Assembly: GCA_963770895.1 (NCBI GenBank)
Contig: CAVYRF010000002.1
Span: 1,440,001 to 1,504,000, forward strand
DNA: 64,000 nucleotides
Direction of reading: 5' to 3'
Origin: an uncultured Acidobacteriota bacterium
GTDB lineage: Bacteria > Acidobacteriota > Thermoanaerobaculia > Multivoradales > UBA5704
Shown here: positions 9,340 to 20,824 of the stretch, piece after piece
Position numbering within the stretch: the stretch's first letter is position 1
Layout: the number at the start of each line of letters is the position of its first letter
Translations under genes and position numbers: made by a program
The notes under the pieces: generated by a model
The model's database searches: none
Told to the model about the DNA's origin: nothing
Seen by the model: the letters and a program-made list of their open reading frames with translations, nothing else

Positions 9340-11309
9340 GCCCGCGGCGCGCGGCCGGCGGCGGCGATGCCGCGGTCCCGCCGCCGCACGACCTTCGCCG
9401 GCGCGCCCGCCTGGGCCTGCGCGGCGAGCTGCAGATCCTGCTGCCCGCCGCCCTGCTGCTGCTGGTGGTGGTCTCGACCTTCACCTTCTTTTCCTACCGC
9501 GGCGCCCTGCTGGCGCTGGCCGAAGAGCGCCAGACCGAAGCGGCGCGGCTGGCGCGCGGCGTCGCCGACCGGCTGGTCGCGCCGGGCGGGCCCGCCACCC
9601 ACCCCGTCGCGGCGGCGCCGCTGCCCGCCGCCGACTGGCTGGCAAACCAGGCGCCGGGCGCCCGCGGCACGGGGCTGCTGGACGCCACCGGCTCCCCCCT
9701 GGTGACGGCGGGCGAGCAGCAGCCGCTCCCCATCCCGCCGCTGCCGCCGGCGCACGCGCACCCGTTTGCCGCCGGCCCCGACGCCAGCCTGCCGGACGTC
9801 GTCGCCGCCTGGGTGCCGCTGGTGGCGCCGCCGTCCGGTGCGGCCGGCGGCGGCGCCGCTCTGCGCTACGTGCGGGTCGACCTGCCGGCGGCAACCCTTG
9901 CCGCCCAGCTGCGCGCCATCCGCTACCTGGGCTGGCTGGTGCTGCCGGTCAACACGGCGCTGGTGCTGCTGGTGCTGCTCTTCCTGCGCCACCTGCTCAC
10001 CCCGTACGAGACCCTGCTGGCGCGCGCCCGCGCGCTGGCGCCCGCGGCGCCCGACGACCGCCCGGACGAAGACGAAGCCTCGTTCCTGATCGCCACCCTG
10101 GAGCGCGCCCTCGAAGCGCTGGGCGAGCGCCAGGGCGGCGGCGCCGACGGCGGCGGCAGCCGCGCCGACGAAGACCTGGCAGCGATCGAGCGCACCCTTG
10201 CCGCCAGCCTGGAGAGCGGCCTGCTGCTGCTCGGGCGCGACGGCCGCGTGCTGTCGCTCAACCCGCCGGGCGCGGCGCTGCTCGGCGCGCCGCCGGCGGC
10301 CGTGGGAGTGCCCTTCGCGGAGCTGCTGGCACCGCACCCGGGCATGCTGGGGCCGGTCGCCGCCGCCATCGCCCGCGCCCAGCCGGTGAAGCGCCAGGAG
10401 TGCACCCTGCAGAAGCCCGGCGGCGCGCCGGTGACCCTGGGGCTGAGCGTCCACCCGCTGCGGCGCGACGACGGCGCGGTGCGCGGCTACCTGGTGCTGT
10501 TCGCCGACCTGACCGAAGCGCACCAGCGCGCCCAGGAGAGCCGGCTCACCGACCGCCTGGCGACGCTGGGCGAGATGGCCGCCGGCGTCGCCCACGAGCT
10601 GCGCAACAGTCTGGCCACGCTGCGCGGCTATCTGACCCTGATCGAGCGGCGGCCGGACGAGGAGTCGATCGCCGACTTCCTGGCCGAGATCCGCCACGAA
10701 TCCGACCACCTGCAGCGCGTGCTGGAGGACTTCCTGGCCTTCGCCCGGCCGGGCACCGCCCGCTTCCAGAGCGTGTCGATGGCGGCGCTGGCGCGGCGGG
10801 TGGCGAGCGATCCCGCCCTGGGCGGCATCGCTGTCGCGGTGCGCGCCGGCGGCGCGCCGGACCGGCTGCTCCCGGCCGGCACCGCGGATGCGGCGGAGGG
10901 GCCGGCTGCGACGGGGCGGCTGCGCGGCGACCCGCAGCTGATCGAGCGGGCGCTGCGCAACCTGCTGCACAACGCCGCCCAGGCCGAGCGCGAGGCCGGG
11001 CGCGACGGCCCCGTCGAGCTGATCGTCGAAGAGCACCCGGCCGGCATCGAGATCACGGTCGCCGACCGCGGACCGGGCGTGCCGGCGGAGCTGCGCGGCC
11101 GGCTGTTCCACCCCTTCGCCACCGGGCGGCCCGGCGGCGTCGGGCTCGGCCTGGCGCTCGCCCACCGCATCATGACGCTGCACGGCGGCCGCATCCGCCT
11201 GGAAGATCGCGAGGGCGGCGGCACCCTGGCGGCCCTCTTCTTCCCGCGCGACACTTTCGTTACCGATGGTAGCAACATGGGCCTGGACGAGCTTGCCCCG
11301 CCGCTCTGA
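9336..11309 (+). CDS. Membrane sensor histidine kinase with PAS-like domain (PilS-like)
   Basis: GTG overlapping pilD stop; two TMs; H-box GEMAAGVAHELRNSL, N-box NLLHNAAQA, DRGPG, PFATG, GVGLGL. Confidence 0.88.
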   Translation: MSPRRAAGGGDAAVPPPHDLRRRARLGLRGELQILLPAALLLLVVVSTFTFFSYRGALLALAEERQTEAARLARGVADRLVAPGGPATHPVAAAPLPAADWLANQAPGARGTGLLDATGSPLVTAGEQQPLPIPPLPPAHAHPFAAGPDASLPDVVAAWVPLVAPPSGAAGGGAALRYVRVDLPAATLAAQLRAIRYLGWLVLPVNTALVLLVLLFLRHLLTPYETLLARARALAPAAPDDRPDEDEASFLIATLERALEALGERQGGGADGGGSRADEDLAAIERTLAASLESGLLLLGRDGRVLSLNPPGAALLGAPPAAVGVPFAELLAPHPGMLGPVAAAIARAQPVKRQECTLQKPGGAPVTLGLSVHPLRRDDGAVRGYLVLFADLTEAHQRAQESRLTDRLATLGEMAAGVAHELRNSLATLRGYLTLIERRPDEESIADFLAEIRHESDHLQRVLEDFLAFARPGTARFQSVSMAALARRVASDPALGGIAVAVRAGGAPDRLLPAGTADAAEGPAATGRLRGDPQLIERALRNLLHNAAQAEREAGRDGPVELIVEEHPAGIEITVADRGPGVPAELRGRLFHPFATGRPGGVGLGLALAHRIMTLHGGRIRLEDREGGGTLAALFFPRDTFVTDGSNMGLDELAPPL

Positions 11310-11371
11310 CCACACCCGCCAAGCCTAACAAAACAAATAGCTTCCTCGTTTTTCTGCAGGGGCGCGGCGAT

Positions 11372-11387
11372 TGGCCCGCACCTTGCT
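11372..11387 (+). promoter_or_regulatory. Sigma54 promoter of the minor pilin/pilY1 operon
   Basis: TGGCCC-GCACC-TTGCT with correct GG/GC spacing, preceded by an A/T-rich tract at 11326-11355. Confidence 0.75.
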
Positions 11388-11451
11388 GTACGTCCCCACC
11401 AGCGATTTTCCCGTGCCGCGGCCCCGTCGTTGCGGCCCACTCCTGGAGCGC

Positions 11452-12015
11452 ATGCGGATGACGACTCGAACGGTCTTTACGGCAGAGGTTTCGCCGGCCG
11501 CCGCCGGCCGCCGCGGACAGCGCGGCTTCTCGATGATCGAGGCGCTGATCGCCGCGGCGCTCATCGGCCTGGTCGCCATCGGCCTCATCCCGATGTTCAC
11601 CCGCGCGATGAGCGACAACATGGCGGGCTCCGACTACACCCGCGTCAGCAACTACGCCAAGTCGGAGGAAGAGGACTTTGCCCGCGCGCCCTACGGCGTC
11701 ATGAGCACCGAGATTTCGGTCGGCAGCAGCACGGCGCAGAAGCTGGAATACCTCAACCCGTCGACCCTGCAGTGGGTGATCGGCACCCCCCCGGCGGGCA
11801 ACTCTTCGATCGTCTGGACCCGCACCACCACTTACTCGCAATACAGCATCTACGACACCGACACCGACCAGACCTTCGACTATCCGGTGCCCGGCGGCAC
11901 GGCTCCCGACGCGGTCCAGATCCTCCAGGCGCAGGTGCAGGTCAAGGCCGTCTCGCCGATCGGCCCCGAGGGCGGCCACCGGTCCACCATCATCCGCTTC
12001 CTGAAGGCTTTTTGA
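11452..12015 (+). CDS. Minor pilin, PilV-like
   Basis: QRG|FSMIEALIAAALIGLVAIG prepilin motif; first gene of the V-W-X-Y1 order; GGAG upstream. Confidence 0.75.
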   Translation: MRMTTRTVFTAEVSPAAAGRRGQRGFSMIEALIAAALIGLVAIGLIPMFTRAMSDNMAGSDYTRVSNYAKSEEEDFARAPYGVMSTEISVGSSTAQKLEYLNPSTLQWVIGTPPAGNSSIVWTRTTTYSQYSIYDTDTDQTFDYPVPGGTAPDAVQILQAQVQVKAVSPIGPEGGHRSTIIRFLKAF

Positions 12016-12025
12016 GGAGCCGCCC

Positions 12026-13330
12026 TTGACCGCACCAGCTCGACAGTTCGCGACGTTGCCACCCGGCCGCGCCAGCAGGCGCGAGGGCGGCTTCACCTTG
12101 ATCGAAATGACGATCGCGCTCCTGGTCACCGTCGAGGTGATCCTGGCCGGTCTCGCACTGTTCGACTTCCACAACAAGCTGGCGCGGGTGCAGACCCAGA
12201 TCAGCGACATGCAGCAGTCGATGCGCATCTCGCAGTACGAGATCGTGCGGCTGACGCGCATGGCCGGCCGCGGCAGCTTCCCGGCGATCCTCCATCCCGG
12301 GCAGCTCAATACCCTCTGGGGAGCGGTTTCGGTGCGCAACAACGTGGGTGGCACGGTGTCTCAACAGATCGCGATCGGCTATGCAGGCGCCCCCACGGCG
12401 GTGCTCGGCTCCGACATCCTGACGCTGCGCGGAGTGTTCAGCACCTCGGTCGTCCAGGCCCTCCCGACACCCCAGGCGCTGACCCTGGCGGGCGGCTCAT
12501 CCACCCCCGCCACCGCTACCAGCGGCACCCTGGTCATCTGTGGCTATTCGACCACCGGCATCGCCCAGAACCTGGCCGGGCTGACCAACGCGGTGACCGC
12601 CGGTTTCCCCGAGGCGATCATCCTGGTCAGCCCGGCGTCGGATTTCACCTACGCCGTCGTCGAGCTGAACCCGGGAAGCTCGGATATCACCGACAACCAG
12701 CCGTCCTGTCCCGCCGGGACCGCGACTCCCAACGGTATCAAGCTGGCATTCAACATCACGGGCGACGCCAACGCCACCGCCTACCAGGCCCTGGGCTCGG
12801 GCACCAGCGCCATCGGCTTGCCGCCGACCATGTCCGCGGTGCTGTGGGTCGGTATCCTTGAGGAGTACCGCTACTACGCGCGCCAGGACTACGTGGTGCC
12901 AGGCAACACCGCCAGCGATTGGGCGCCCCACCTGTCGCGCGCGCGCATGTATCCCGGCACCGAAACACCGTACCAGGGCAACGCCGCCAACCTGCAGGTG
13001 GATGTCGCCGACAACGTGCTCGATCTGCAGGTTTCGCTCGGCGTGGACTTGAACGGCGACGGCATCCTCACCGAGGACACCCCGCCGGACAACACCGACG
13101 AATGGCTGGGCAATGCGGTGGGGGACACCCTGACACCGCAGACGCCGTTGCGCGAGGTGCGCATCTCCACCCTGGCCAAGACCGGCAACCGCGATCCCAG
13201 CTACCAGGCCACGCTCCTCACCCAGATCGAAGACCACGTCTACACCGCCGGCTCATGGCCGAATACGCAGCAGGGCCGCGCCTACCGCCGCCGCCTGCTG
13301 CAAACGGTCGTGGGACTGCGCAACCTTTAG
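12026..13330 (+). CDS. Minor pilin, PilW-like
   Basis: EGG|FTLIEMTIALLV; RLTRMAG; VADNVLDLQVSLGVDLNGDG; ends RRRLLQTVVGLRNL, typical of PilW. Confidence 0.8.
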   Translation: MTAPARQFATLPPGRASRREGGFTLIEMTIALLVTVEVILAGLALFDFHNKLARVQTQISDMQQSMRISQYEIVRLTRMAGRGSFPAILHPGQLNTLWGAVSVRNNVGGTVSQQIAIGYAGAPTAVLGSDILTLRGVFSTSVVQALPTPQALTLAGGSSTPATATSGTLVICGYSTTGIAQNLAGLTNAVTAGFPEAIILVSPASDFTYAVVELNPGSSDITDNQPSCPAGTATPNGIKLAFNITGDANATAYQALGSGTSAIGLPPTMSAVLWVGILEEYRYYARQDYVVPGNTASDWAPHLSRARMYPGTETPYQGNAANLQVDVADNVLDLQVSLGVDLNGDGILTEDTPPDNTDEWLGNAVGDTLTPQTPLREVRISTLAKTGNRDPSYQATLLTQIEDHVYTAGSWPNTQQGRAYRRRLLQTVVGLRNL

Positions 13331-13351
13331 CAACCTTTTTAGAGGACTGCC

Positions 13352-13954
13352 ATGCCAGCGCTGCCCAACTTCCTTGTGATCGCTGCCGCCGCCCATCCCG
13401 CGCCGCCGGCCCGCTCCTCGCGGGGCGAGCGGGGCAGCGCGTTCACCGTCGCGCTGCTGGTGCTGCTGGTGCTCACCATCGCCGGCCTGGCGCTGACCCT
13501 GATCACCCAGACCGAGGTGCGCATCGGCACCAACGAACGCACCACCAACCGTTCGCTGTATGCCACCGATTCGGGGATCCATGTGGCCACCGCGCGCAAT
13601 CTCTGGCGCGGCAGCAACGTCCCCGCGCTCACGTTCTTTCTCAACACCACCAATCAGGACACCGGCAGCTCGCCGGCGACCACCTTCAGCGATCAGGTCA
13701 CGGTGACGCCGCTGCAGGCGATGTCCTGGCAGCCGTCGTTTTACGGTCAGGTCAACCAGAACACCCAGAACTATTCGAACATTACCTACGTCGTCAATTC
13801 GGTCGGCACCCGCGTGGGAGTCAACGGGACCACCAACCAGACGATCGCCAAGACGACGCTCAGCTGCATGATCAGCATCCAGCCGTCGCCCCAGCAGGCC
13901 GCCCAGGTGAACAACATCACCCTGATCAACACGACGGACCCTTTGCAGTTCTGA
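13352..13954 (+). CDS. Minor pilin, PilX-like
   Basis: ERG|SAFTVALLVLLVLTIAGLAL (no Glu5), followed by IGTNER...SLYATDSGI. Confidence 0.8.
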   Translation: MPALPNFLVIAAAAHPAPPARSSRGERGSAFTVALLVLLVLTIAGLALTLITQTEVRIGTNERTTNRSLYATDSGIHVATARNLWRGSNVPALTFFLNTTNQDTGSSPATTFSDQVTVTPLQAMSWQPSFYGQVNQNTQNYSNITYVVNSVGTRVGVNGTTNQTIAKTTLSCMISIQPSPQQAAQVNNITLINTTDPLQF

Positions 13955-13977
13955 GCCAGGCATCGCACGGAGGATCC

Positions 13978-16900
13978 ATGAACGCCAACCACCCACCGCG
14001 CCCGTCCCGGCGCCGCCACCGCGCACCGCTGACCCTGGCGCTCGCCGCCGCGCTGGTCGCCGGCACGGCGCACGCCGACGACCGCAGCCTGCTCGAAAAC
14101 ACGCAGACGACTCCCTACGTATTCATCATCCTGGACACCTCGGGTTCGATGCATCAGGAGATCGCCTGCTCCGCCTCGGACGTGGCGGCCGGCTATTGCA
14201 CCCAGGAGTGCGACCCCGGCGACTGCCTGCCGCACATGATGGGTGACGACCCCGATTCAAAGATCTACACTGCCAAGCAGTCGATCTACGACATCATGCA
14301 GTCGCACCCCAACATCAGTTTCGGCTTTGGCCACTTCGATCAGGTGGGCCTGCACGTCAACTGGAAGTGGTGGTGGTACGAGACGTCGACGGGCACGACG
14401 CCGATCACCGATTCGACCACCGGTTTTTCGTATCCGGTGGTGGCCAACCAGCAAGAGCTGTTCGGCGACCAGGCCTGGGCGTGCACCAGCCCCGGCGATG
14501 CGGGCAGCTATCCCTACTACAACGTCGGCTGCATCGAGACCCAACCGGCCCACCTCGACAACGCCTGGGAAATGGAGCGCGCCGAACGCTACCCCAAGCT
14601 GGGCGACACCAACACCGCCGCCGCCTACTCCTACTATCTGAACAAGAGCGCCAGCAGCACCACCAATCCGACGTACAAGGTGACCTTCACCCCGGTCACC
14701 GGGCAGACGATGGGCGCCTCTTCGATCAACGTTTCGGTCAACCTCACCAAGTGCAAGAACAGCACCTGCACCGGCACCAGCGGCGCCACCAACATCGGCA
14801 CCTCGACGATCACCTACACCCTGGTGCATCCGACCGTGTATTGGGACCCGCCGTTCGAGCTCAACGGTACCAACATCCTCAATTCCACCGGCACCGCGGG
14901 CGGCACCTACTACGGCTACGACTACCAGGTGGAATTGAACGGCACCGCCAACCTGGCGGGCTACGACTACGCCCTGGACGAAAACAACAACACCGGCAAC
15001 GACCCCTGGGCCACGACCGGCACCGGCTGCACCACCACCCTGTCGACCAACCTCTGCGACATGGGGCAGGCGCTGACCACCGACCCTTACGGCCGCACCG
15101 CAACGACCTCGGCGCCCAACGCCAACAGCCCAACCGGCACCACGTCCATCTTTCAGCTCGGCAACGTGATTCCGCTCGACTGGAAGACCAACCAGCAGAC
15201 GGCGATCATGAACCGGATGGCGCCCAACCTGCTGAACACCGCCAACACGGTGCCCGACTTCGGCATCTCCGACTACATGGCGAACCATCCGGTCTCGGGA
15301 CAGGAGGGGTTGCAGCTGGCCAACGCCGCCCAGCGGCCGCTGACGCCGGAAGGCGGCACGCCGACCGGGCACGTGATGATGAGCTTTGCCGACTGGATGA
15401 ACGGCAGCACCTGGTATCAGAACGGCGCCCTGGGGACTGGCACGAGCGGCTCGTTCAACCCGCAGGCGGTGACCAACAGCTGGATCGGCGCGGCCTCGGC
15501 TACGACCGGCGATCCGTTCTTCGCCTGCAAGCCGGTCTACGTGCTGCTGCTCACCGACGGCCTGGCGAGCAGCGACGACGGCAACTTCGGGCTTGACCCC
15601 ACGGCGTGTCCGCTATACCACAAATACGAAAACACGTACCTGGGCGTCTCGGACGCTACCACCAATCCCAACGCGCCCGGCTTCGCCTGCTGCGCGGCGG
15701 AAGCGCTGCGCACCATCACCTTCGGCTCGCCAGCCCAGGCTTATCCCGTGCGCACCTACGCCATCGGCCTGGGGCTGACCGCGACGACGGTCGGCGGCTA
15801 TAACAACACGCTGCAGTGCGTCACCGACGAAGGCGGCACCGGCAACCGGCACTTCTTCAACGGCACGCAGTACAGCGCCGACGGCGACTATGCCGGAATC
15901 AGCTACCCCGGCTTTCCCAAGACCGACCCGCCCGACGCCACGTTCTGTTCCGCCGCCAACCCCTGCGACGGACCGGGACCGATCTTTCCGCAGAACAAGC
16001 CGGCGCTGCTGGCGGCGATCCAGAACGTGCTCAACCTGATCGAATCGCAGACCTCGGCGTTCGCCTCGGCGGCGGTGCCTTCGATCCAGTCGAACATCGC
16101 CAACAAGTCGATCCTGACCAGCTTCCTGCCGATCAACGAACCGATCTGGCCCGGCCGCGTCGACGCGTACATCGACCCGGTGCCGGTGAAAGCCACCAAC
16201 GTCACGCTGCCGGACGGCACCGTCACCCAGCAGCCGCTGCCCGACCCCACGCAGCAGTGCTCCGCCAGCATCCAGCAGGAGTGCCACCTGTGGAACGCCG
16301 GCGACCAGATCCTGGCGCAGGGGCTGGTGGGCATGGACACCGCCGGCACCAACGCCTCGGAGCGGCGCGTCTACTACGCGCCGCTGATCCCGTTCGTTGC
16401 TGGACAGAACCGTTTCTTCTTCCAGACGCCGGCGGTGACCTCCACCAACTACCTGACCGATCTCGAGCAGGCGATGGGGATTTGCGGTCCGGGCTTCTAT
16501 TTCTACCCGCCCAGCACCGAAACCCAGACGACCGAAACCGCCTGCCCCACCACGCAGACCGCTACGTCGACGCAGTTCCTGACGATGCAGCAGGCGGTCA
16601 ACTTCACCACCGAGGTCAAGCAGTACACCAACCCCTCGACCAACCAGCCGGTCTCCTACCTGCTGGGTGACGTCTTCCACTCCAACCCGCAGGTGCTGGG
16701 CAACCCGTCGGACCCGGTGCTGTTCGAAGGCAACGTCAACGGCTACCAGACCTTTGCCAACAACGAAAACTATCGTCGCAAGGTGGTCTACTTTGGCAGC
16801 AACGATGGCGAGCTGCACGCCATCGACGCCGGCACCGTGGTCTCTGGGACGATCGACAGTCAGCCGGCCTGGACGTTCAACAACGGCACCGGCAGCGAGC

Positions 16901-18624
16901 TGTTCGCCTTCATTCCGCGCACCGTGATGCCGACGCTCAGCCAGATGGGCACCGTGTACGTGCCGCCGGCCTATGGCGGCGCCGAAACCTACATGGTGGA
17001 CGGCCCACCCCACCTGGCCGAAGGCTACTTCGACGCCAGCGTCGGAGGCACCGGTGCGGTGTGGCACAGCCTGGTGATCGGCGGCCTGCGCGAGGGCGGC
17101 CACGGCTATTACGCCCTCGACGTCACCCAGCCCGACGTCCTGGTCAGCGAGCCGCTCACGCCAGGCGGCAGCACGTCGACCTTCATCCAGATGCCCAGTC
17201 CCACCGCCAGCAACTATCTGCCCAGCTGCACCAACGGCGGTTCCAGCTGCGGCCAGCTGGCCTACCCGACGCCGCTGTGGGAGTTCACCGACAGCTGCAC
17301 GGTGGTTTCGGGCTGCACCGGCAGCGCCTGCCAGCTCAAACCGTGCGACGAAGACGCTTCCGGCGTGGGGCTGGGGCAACCGGACCTGGGCCAGACCTGG
17401 TCCACCCCCAACACCGGCCGCGTGCGGATCTGCACCACCTCGGCCTGCACCGCGTCCTACGATAAGTGGGTGGTCGTCTTCGGCGGCGGCATGGATCCCA
17501 ACAACACCAACGCCCAGGGCAACTACCTGTACATGCTGGACATGGGCACCGGCGCCGTGATCTACAAGCGGCAGCTCAACGGCTCGGCTCCCAGCGAGGT
17601 GGCGGCCATCGATACCGGCCAGGACGGCTATATCGACACCATCTACGTCGGCACCACCGCCGGCTACCTATACAAGGTGGACCTCACCTCGCCGGCGCCG
17701 ATCGTCGCCATGAGCGGCCTGGGCAACCGGGTCTCGACCAGCTATTGGCAACCGTTCCAGATCTTCAACACCCAGGGACGCCAGATGTACTATCCGCCGG
17801 CGGTCTTCTACATCGCCGACCTCAACGAATACGGCCTGGCCTGGGGCACCGGCAACCGCCAGAACCTGTGGCTGTCCGACACTACGACCGGCCGCTTCTA
17901 CGTCATGGTGGACAACGGCCTCAAGTCGACCACCACAGGTCTGCCGTACACCGCCACCAACCTGACGGAGATCACCCCTGACGGCGCGCCCCTGACCGGC
18001 AACTACCTGGACAGCCCGCCCACCGGCTTCATCGGCGGCTACTTCTTCGAGCTGAACGCCGGCGAGCGGGTGGTGAACGAGGCGTTTACACTGGGCGGGG
18101 TGCTGATCTTCAGCAGCTATCAGCCGACGATCGCGACCGGCGGCACCGGCACCAACCGGGTCTGCGCCGACAGCGGCACCAGCCGCGTCTTCGAGCTCAA
18201 CATCACCAACGGCAACGGCCTGGCCGCCGCCGCCTCGACCTCGGGTTCGGGCTCCAGTGCGACGACCACGGTGAGCTTCACCCGTTATCAGTCGCTCAGC
18301 CAGACGCTGGCGCTCAACATCAACACCAGCCAGTCCACCCCGATCATCTATACCGGCTCCAACCCGGGGCTGCCGGGCTCGGGCAGCACCACCACCAGCG
18401 GCAGCGGCTCGACCGCCGGATCGACCCCCGACCAGAGCTCCGCCTGCGACCCGACCGGCGCCGCCTTCCAGGCCGTGCTCAAGCAGCTGGAGTCGATCCT
18501 GCCGAGCAACTGCCGCTACACCAACGCCACCGTCAATATCAACATCACCACCACCACCAGCCAATCGATCTGCGCCGCCGGGGTGCCGGTCTGCGTCATC
18601 GAGAAGAACTGGAAGGAGTTCTAG
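13978..18624 (+). CDS. pilY1: PilY1/PilC-like adhesin, 1548 aa, with vWA domain and C-terminal beta-propeller
   Basis: GGAGG SD and signal peptide; ILDTSGSM (MIDAS) and LLTDG; LGDVFHSNP, GSNDGELHAID, ELFAFIP, VDGPP, GLREGGHGYYALDVT, LGQTWSTP, DTGQDGYID. Confidence 0.88.
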   Translation: MNANHPPRPSRRRHRAPLTLALAAALVAGTAHADDRSLLENTQTTPYVFIILDTSGSMHQEIACSASDVAAGYCTQECDPGDCLPHMMGDDPDSKIYTAKQSIYDIMQSHPNISFGFGHFDQVGLHVNWKWWWYETSTGTTPITDSTTGFSYPVVANQQELFGDQAWACTSPGDAGSYPYYNVGCIETQPAHLDNAWEMERAERYPKLGDTNTAAAYSYYLNKSASSTTNPTYKVTFTPVTGQTMGASSINVSVNLTKCKNSTCTGTSGATNIGTSTITYTLVHPTVYWDPPFELNGTNILNSTGTAGGTYYGYDYQVELNGTANLAGYDYALDENNNTGNDPWATTGTGCTTTLSTNLCDMGQALTTDPYGRTATTSAPNANSPTGTTSIFQLGNVIPLDWKTNQQTAIMNRMAPNLLNTANTVPDFGISDYMANHPVSGQEGLQLANAAQRPLTPEGGTPTGHVMMSFADWMNGSTWYQNGALGTGTSGSFNPQAVTNSWIGAASATTGDPFFACKPVYVLLLTDGLASSDDGNFGLDPTACPLYHKYENTYLGVSDATTNPNAPGFACCAAEALRTITFGSPAQAYPVRTYAIGLGLTATTVGGYNNTLQCVTDEGGTGNRHFFNGTQYSADGDYAGISYPGFPKTDPPDATFCSAANPCDGPGPIFPQNKPALLAAIQNVLNLIESQTSAFASAAVPSIQSNIANKSILTSFLPINEPIWPGRVDAYIDPVPVKATNVTLPDGTVTQQPLPDPTQQCSASIQQECHLWNAGDQILAQGLVGMDTAGTNASERRVYYAPLIPFVAGQNRFFFQTPAVTSTNYLTDLEQAMGICGPGFYFYPPSTETQTTETACPTTQTATSTQFLTMQQAVNFTTEVKQYTNPSTNQPVSYLLGDVFHSNPQVLGNPSDPVLFEGNVNGYQTFANNENYRRKVVYFGSNDGELHAIDAGTVVSGTIDSQPAWTFNNGTGSELFAFIPRTVMPTLSQMGTVYVPPAYGGAETYMVDGPPHLAEGYFDASVGGTGAVWHSLVIGGLREGGHGYYALDVTQPDVLVSEPLTPGGSTSTFIQMPSPTASNYLPSCTNGGSSCGQLAYPTPLWEFTDSCTVVSGCTGSACQLKPCDEDASGVGLGQPDLGQTWSTPNTGRVRICTTSACTASYDKWVVVFGGGMDPNNTNAQGNYLYMLDMGTGAVIYKRQLNGSAPSEVAAIDTGQDGYIDTIYVGTTAGYLYKVDLTSPAPIVAMSGLGNRVSTSYWQPFQIFNTQGRQMYYPPAVFYIADLNEYGLAWGTGNRQNLWLSDTTTGRFYVMVDNGLKSTTTGLPYTATNLTEITPDGAPLTGNYLDSPPTGFIGGYFFELNAGERVVNEAFTLGGVLIFSSYQPTIATGGTGTNRVCADSGTSRVFELNITNGNGLAAAASTSGSGSSATTTVSFTRYQSLSQTLALNINTSQSTPIIYTGSNPGLPGSGSTTTSGSGSTAGSTPDQSSACDPTGAAFQAVLKQLESILPSNCRYTNATVNINITTTTSQSICAAGVPVCVIEKNWKEF

Positions 18625-18669
18625 AAGTTTGGCCTGTATAATCGCCGGCGGAAGGAGGACCAGCCGACC

Positions 18670-19455
18670 ATGAATCGTCGAACCTGCGTTCTCGCCGTCC
18701 TGCTGGCTGGAGCCACCGCCGCGGCCTTGCACGCCGACTGGATCGTCACCCACAAGGGTGAAAAATTCGAGATCCGGGGCGCCTATCAGGTCAAGGGCAA
18801 GCTGGTGGTGTTCACCCTGCCGGACGGCACGCTGTCGTCGATGCGGGCTTCGGCGGTCGATTTCGACGCCAGCCAGCAGGCCACCGACCAGGCTAGCAAG
18901 GATGCCGCGGCGCCGCCTGCCACGGACGAAGGCAAAGCCAAGCGCAAGTCGGTGATCGTCCTCACCGACAAGGATTTCCAAAAGACCCCGGCGGTGGCCG
19001 ACACGCCGCCGGCGGCCGCGGGCAAGGATGCCAAGGACGTAAAGGACGTGGCGGATACCGGCAAGCCGGTCAACCGCGACGCGGTGGAAATCGTCGGCTG
19101 GGACCGCGTGCCCGCCGCCGAAAGCAAGGCCGACGGCGCGGAGATCACCGGCGTCCTGCGCAACACCTCGCAGAACATCCTGACCGAGGTGACGGTGGTG
19201 GCAAGCCTGTACGACGATACCGGCAACATCATCGCCAAGATCCCGGCGACGGTGGACAACCAGGCGCTGCCGCCCAACGAAACCAGCAAGTTCCACCTGG
19301 TCGCCAAGGGCGTTTTCAGCTTCACGACGCTCAAGTTCGATACGCAGTGGAAAGGCGTCAAGAGCAAGGCGGCGCCTGCCGCGGGAGCCGCAACGTCGGG
19401 GGCCGGGACGCCGGCGGCCGCGACACCCCCGCCGACACCGCCGCCCACCCGCTGA
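18670..19455 (+). CDS. Exported FxLYD-domain-like protein
   Basis: Signal peptide; ITGVLRNTS...VVASLYDDTGNII...LPPNETSKF; TATAAT at 18637-18642 and AGGAGG upstream. Confidence 0.65.
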   Translation: MNRRTCVLAVLLAGATAAALHADWIVTHKGEKFEIRGAYQVKGKLVVFTLPDGTLSSMRASAVDFDASQQATDQASKDAAAPPATDEGKAKRKSVIVLTDKDFQKTPAVADTPPAAAGKDAKDVKDVADTGKPVNRDAVEIVGWDRVPAAESKADGAEITGVLRNTSQNILTEVTVVASLYDDTGNIIAKIPATVDNQALPPNETSKFHLVAKGVFSFTTLKFDTQWKGVKSKAAPAAGAATSGAGTPAAATPPPTPPPTR

Positions 19456-19461
19456 ATCACT

Positions 19462-20805
<1,344 letters not shown>

Positions 20806-20824
20806 GGTTGACTGGACCGCGCCT

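Noticed and set aside
12919-13977. N-terminal extension making PilY1 1901 aa
   Set aside because: It overlaps pilW/pilX out of frame. The SD and signal peptide place the start at 13978.
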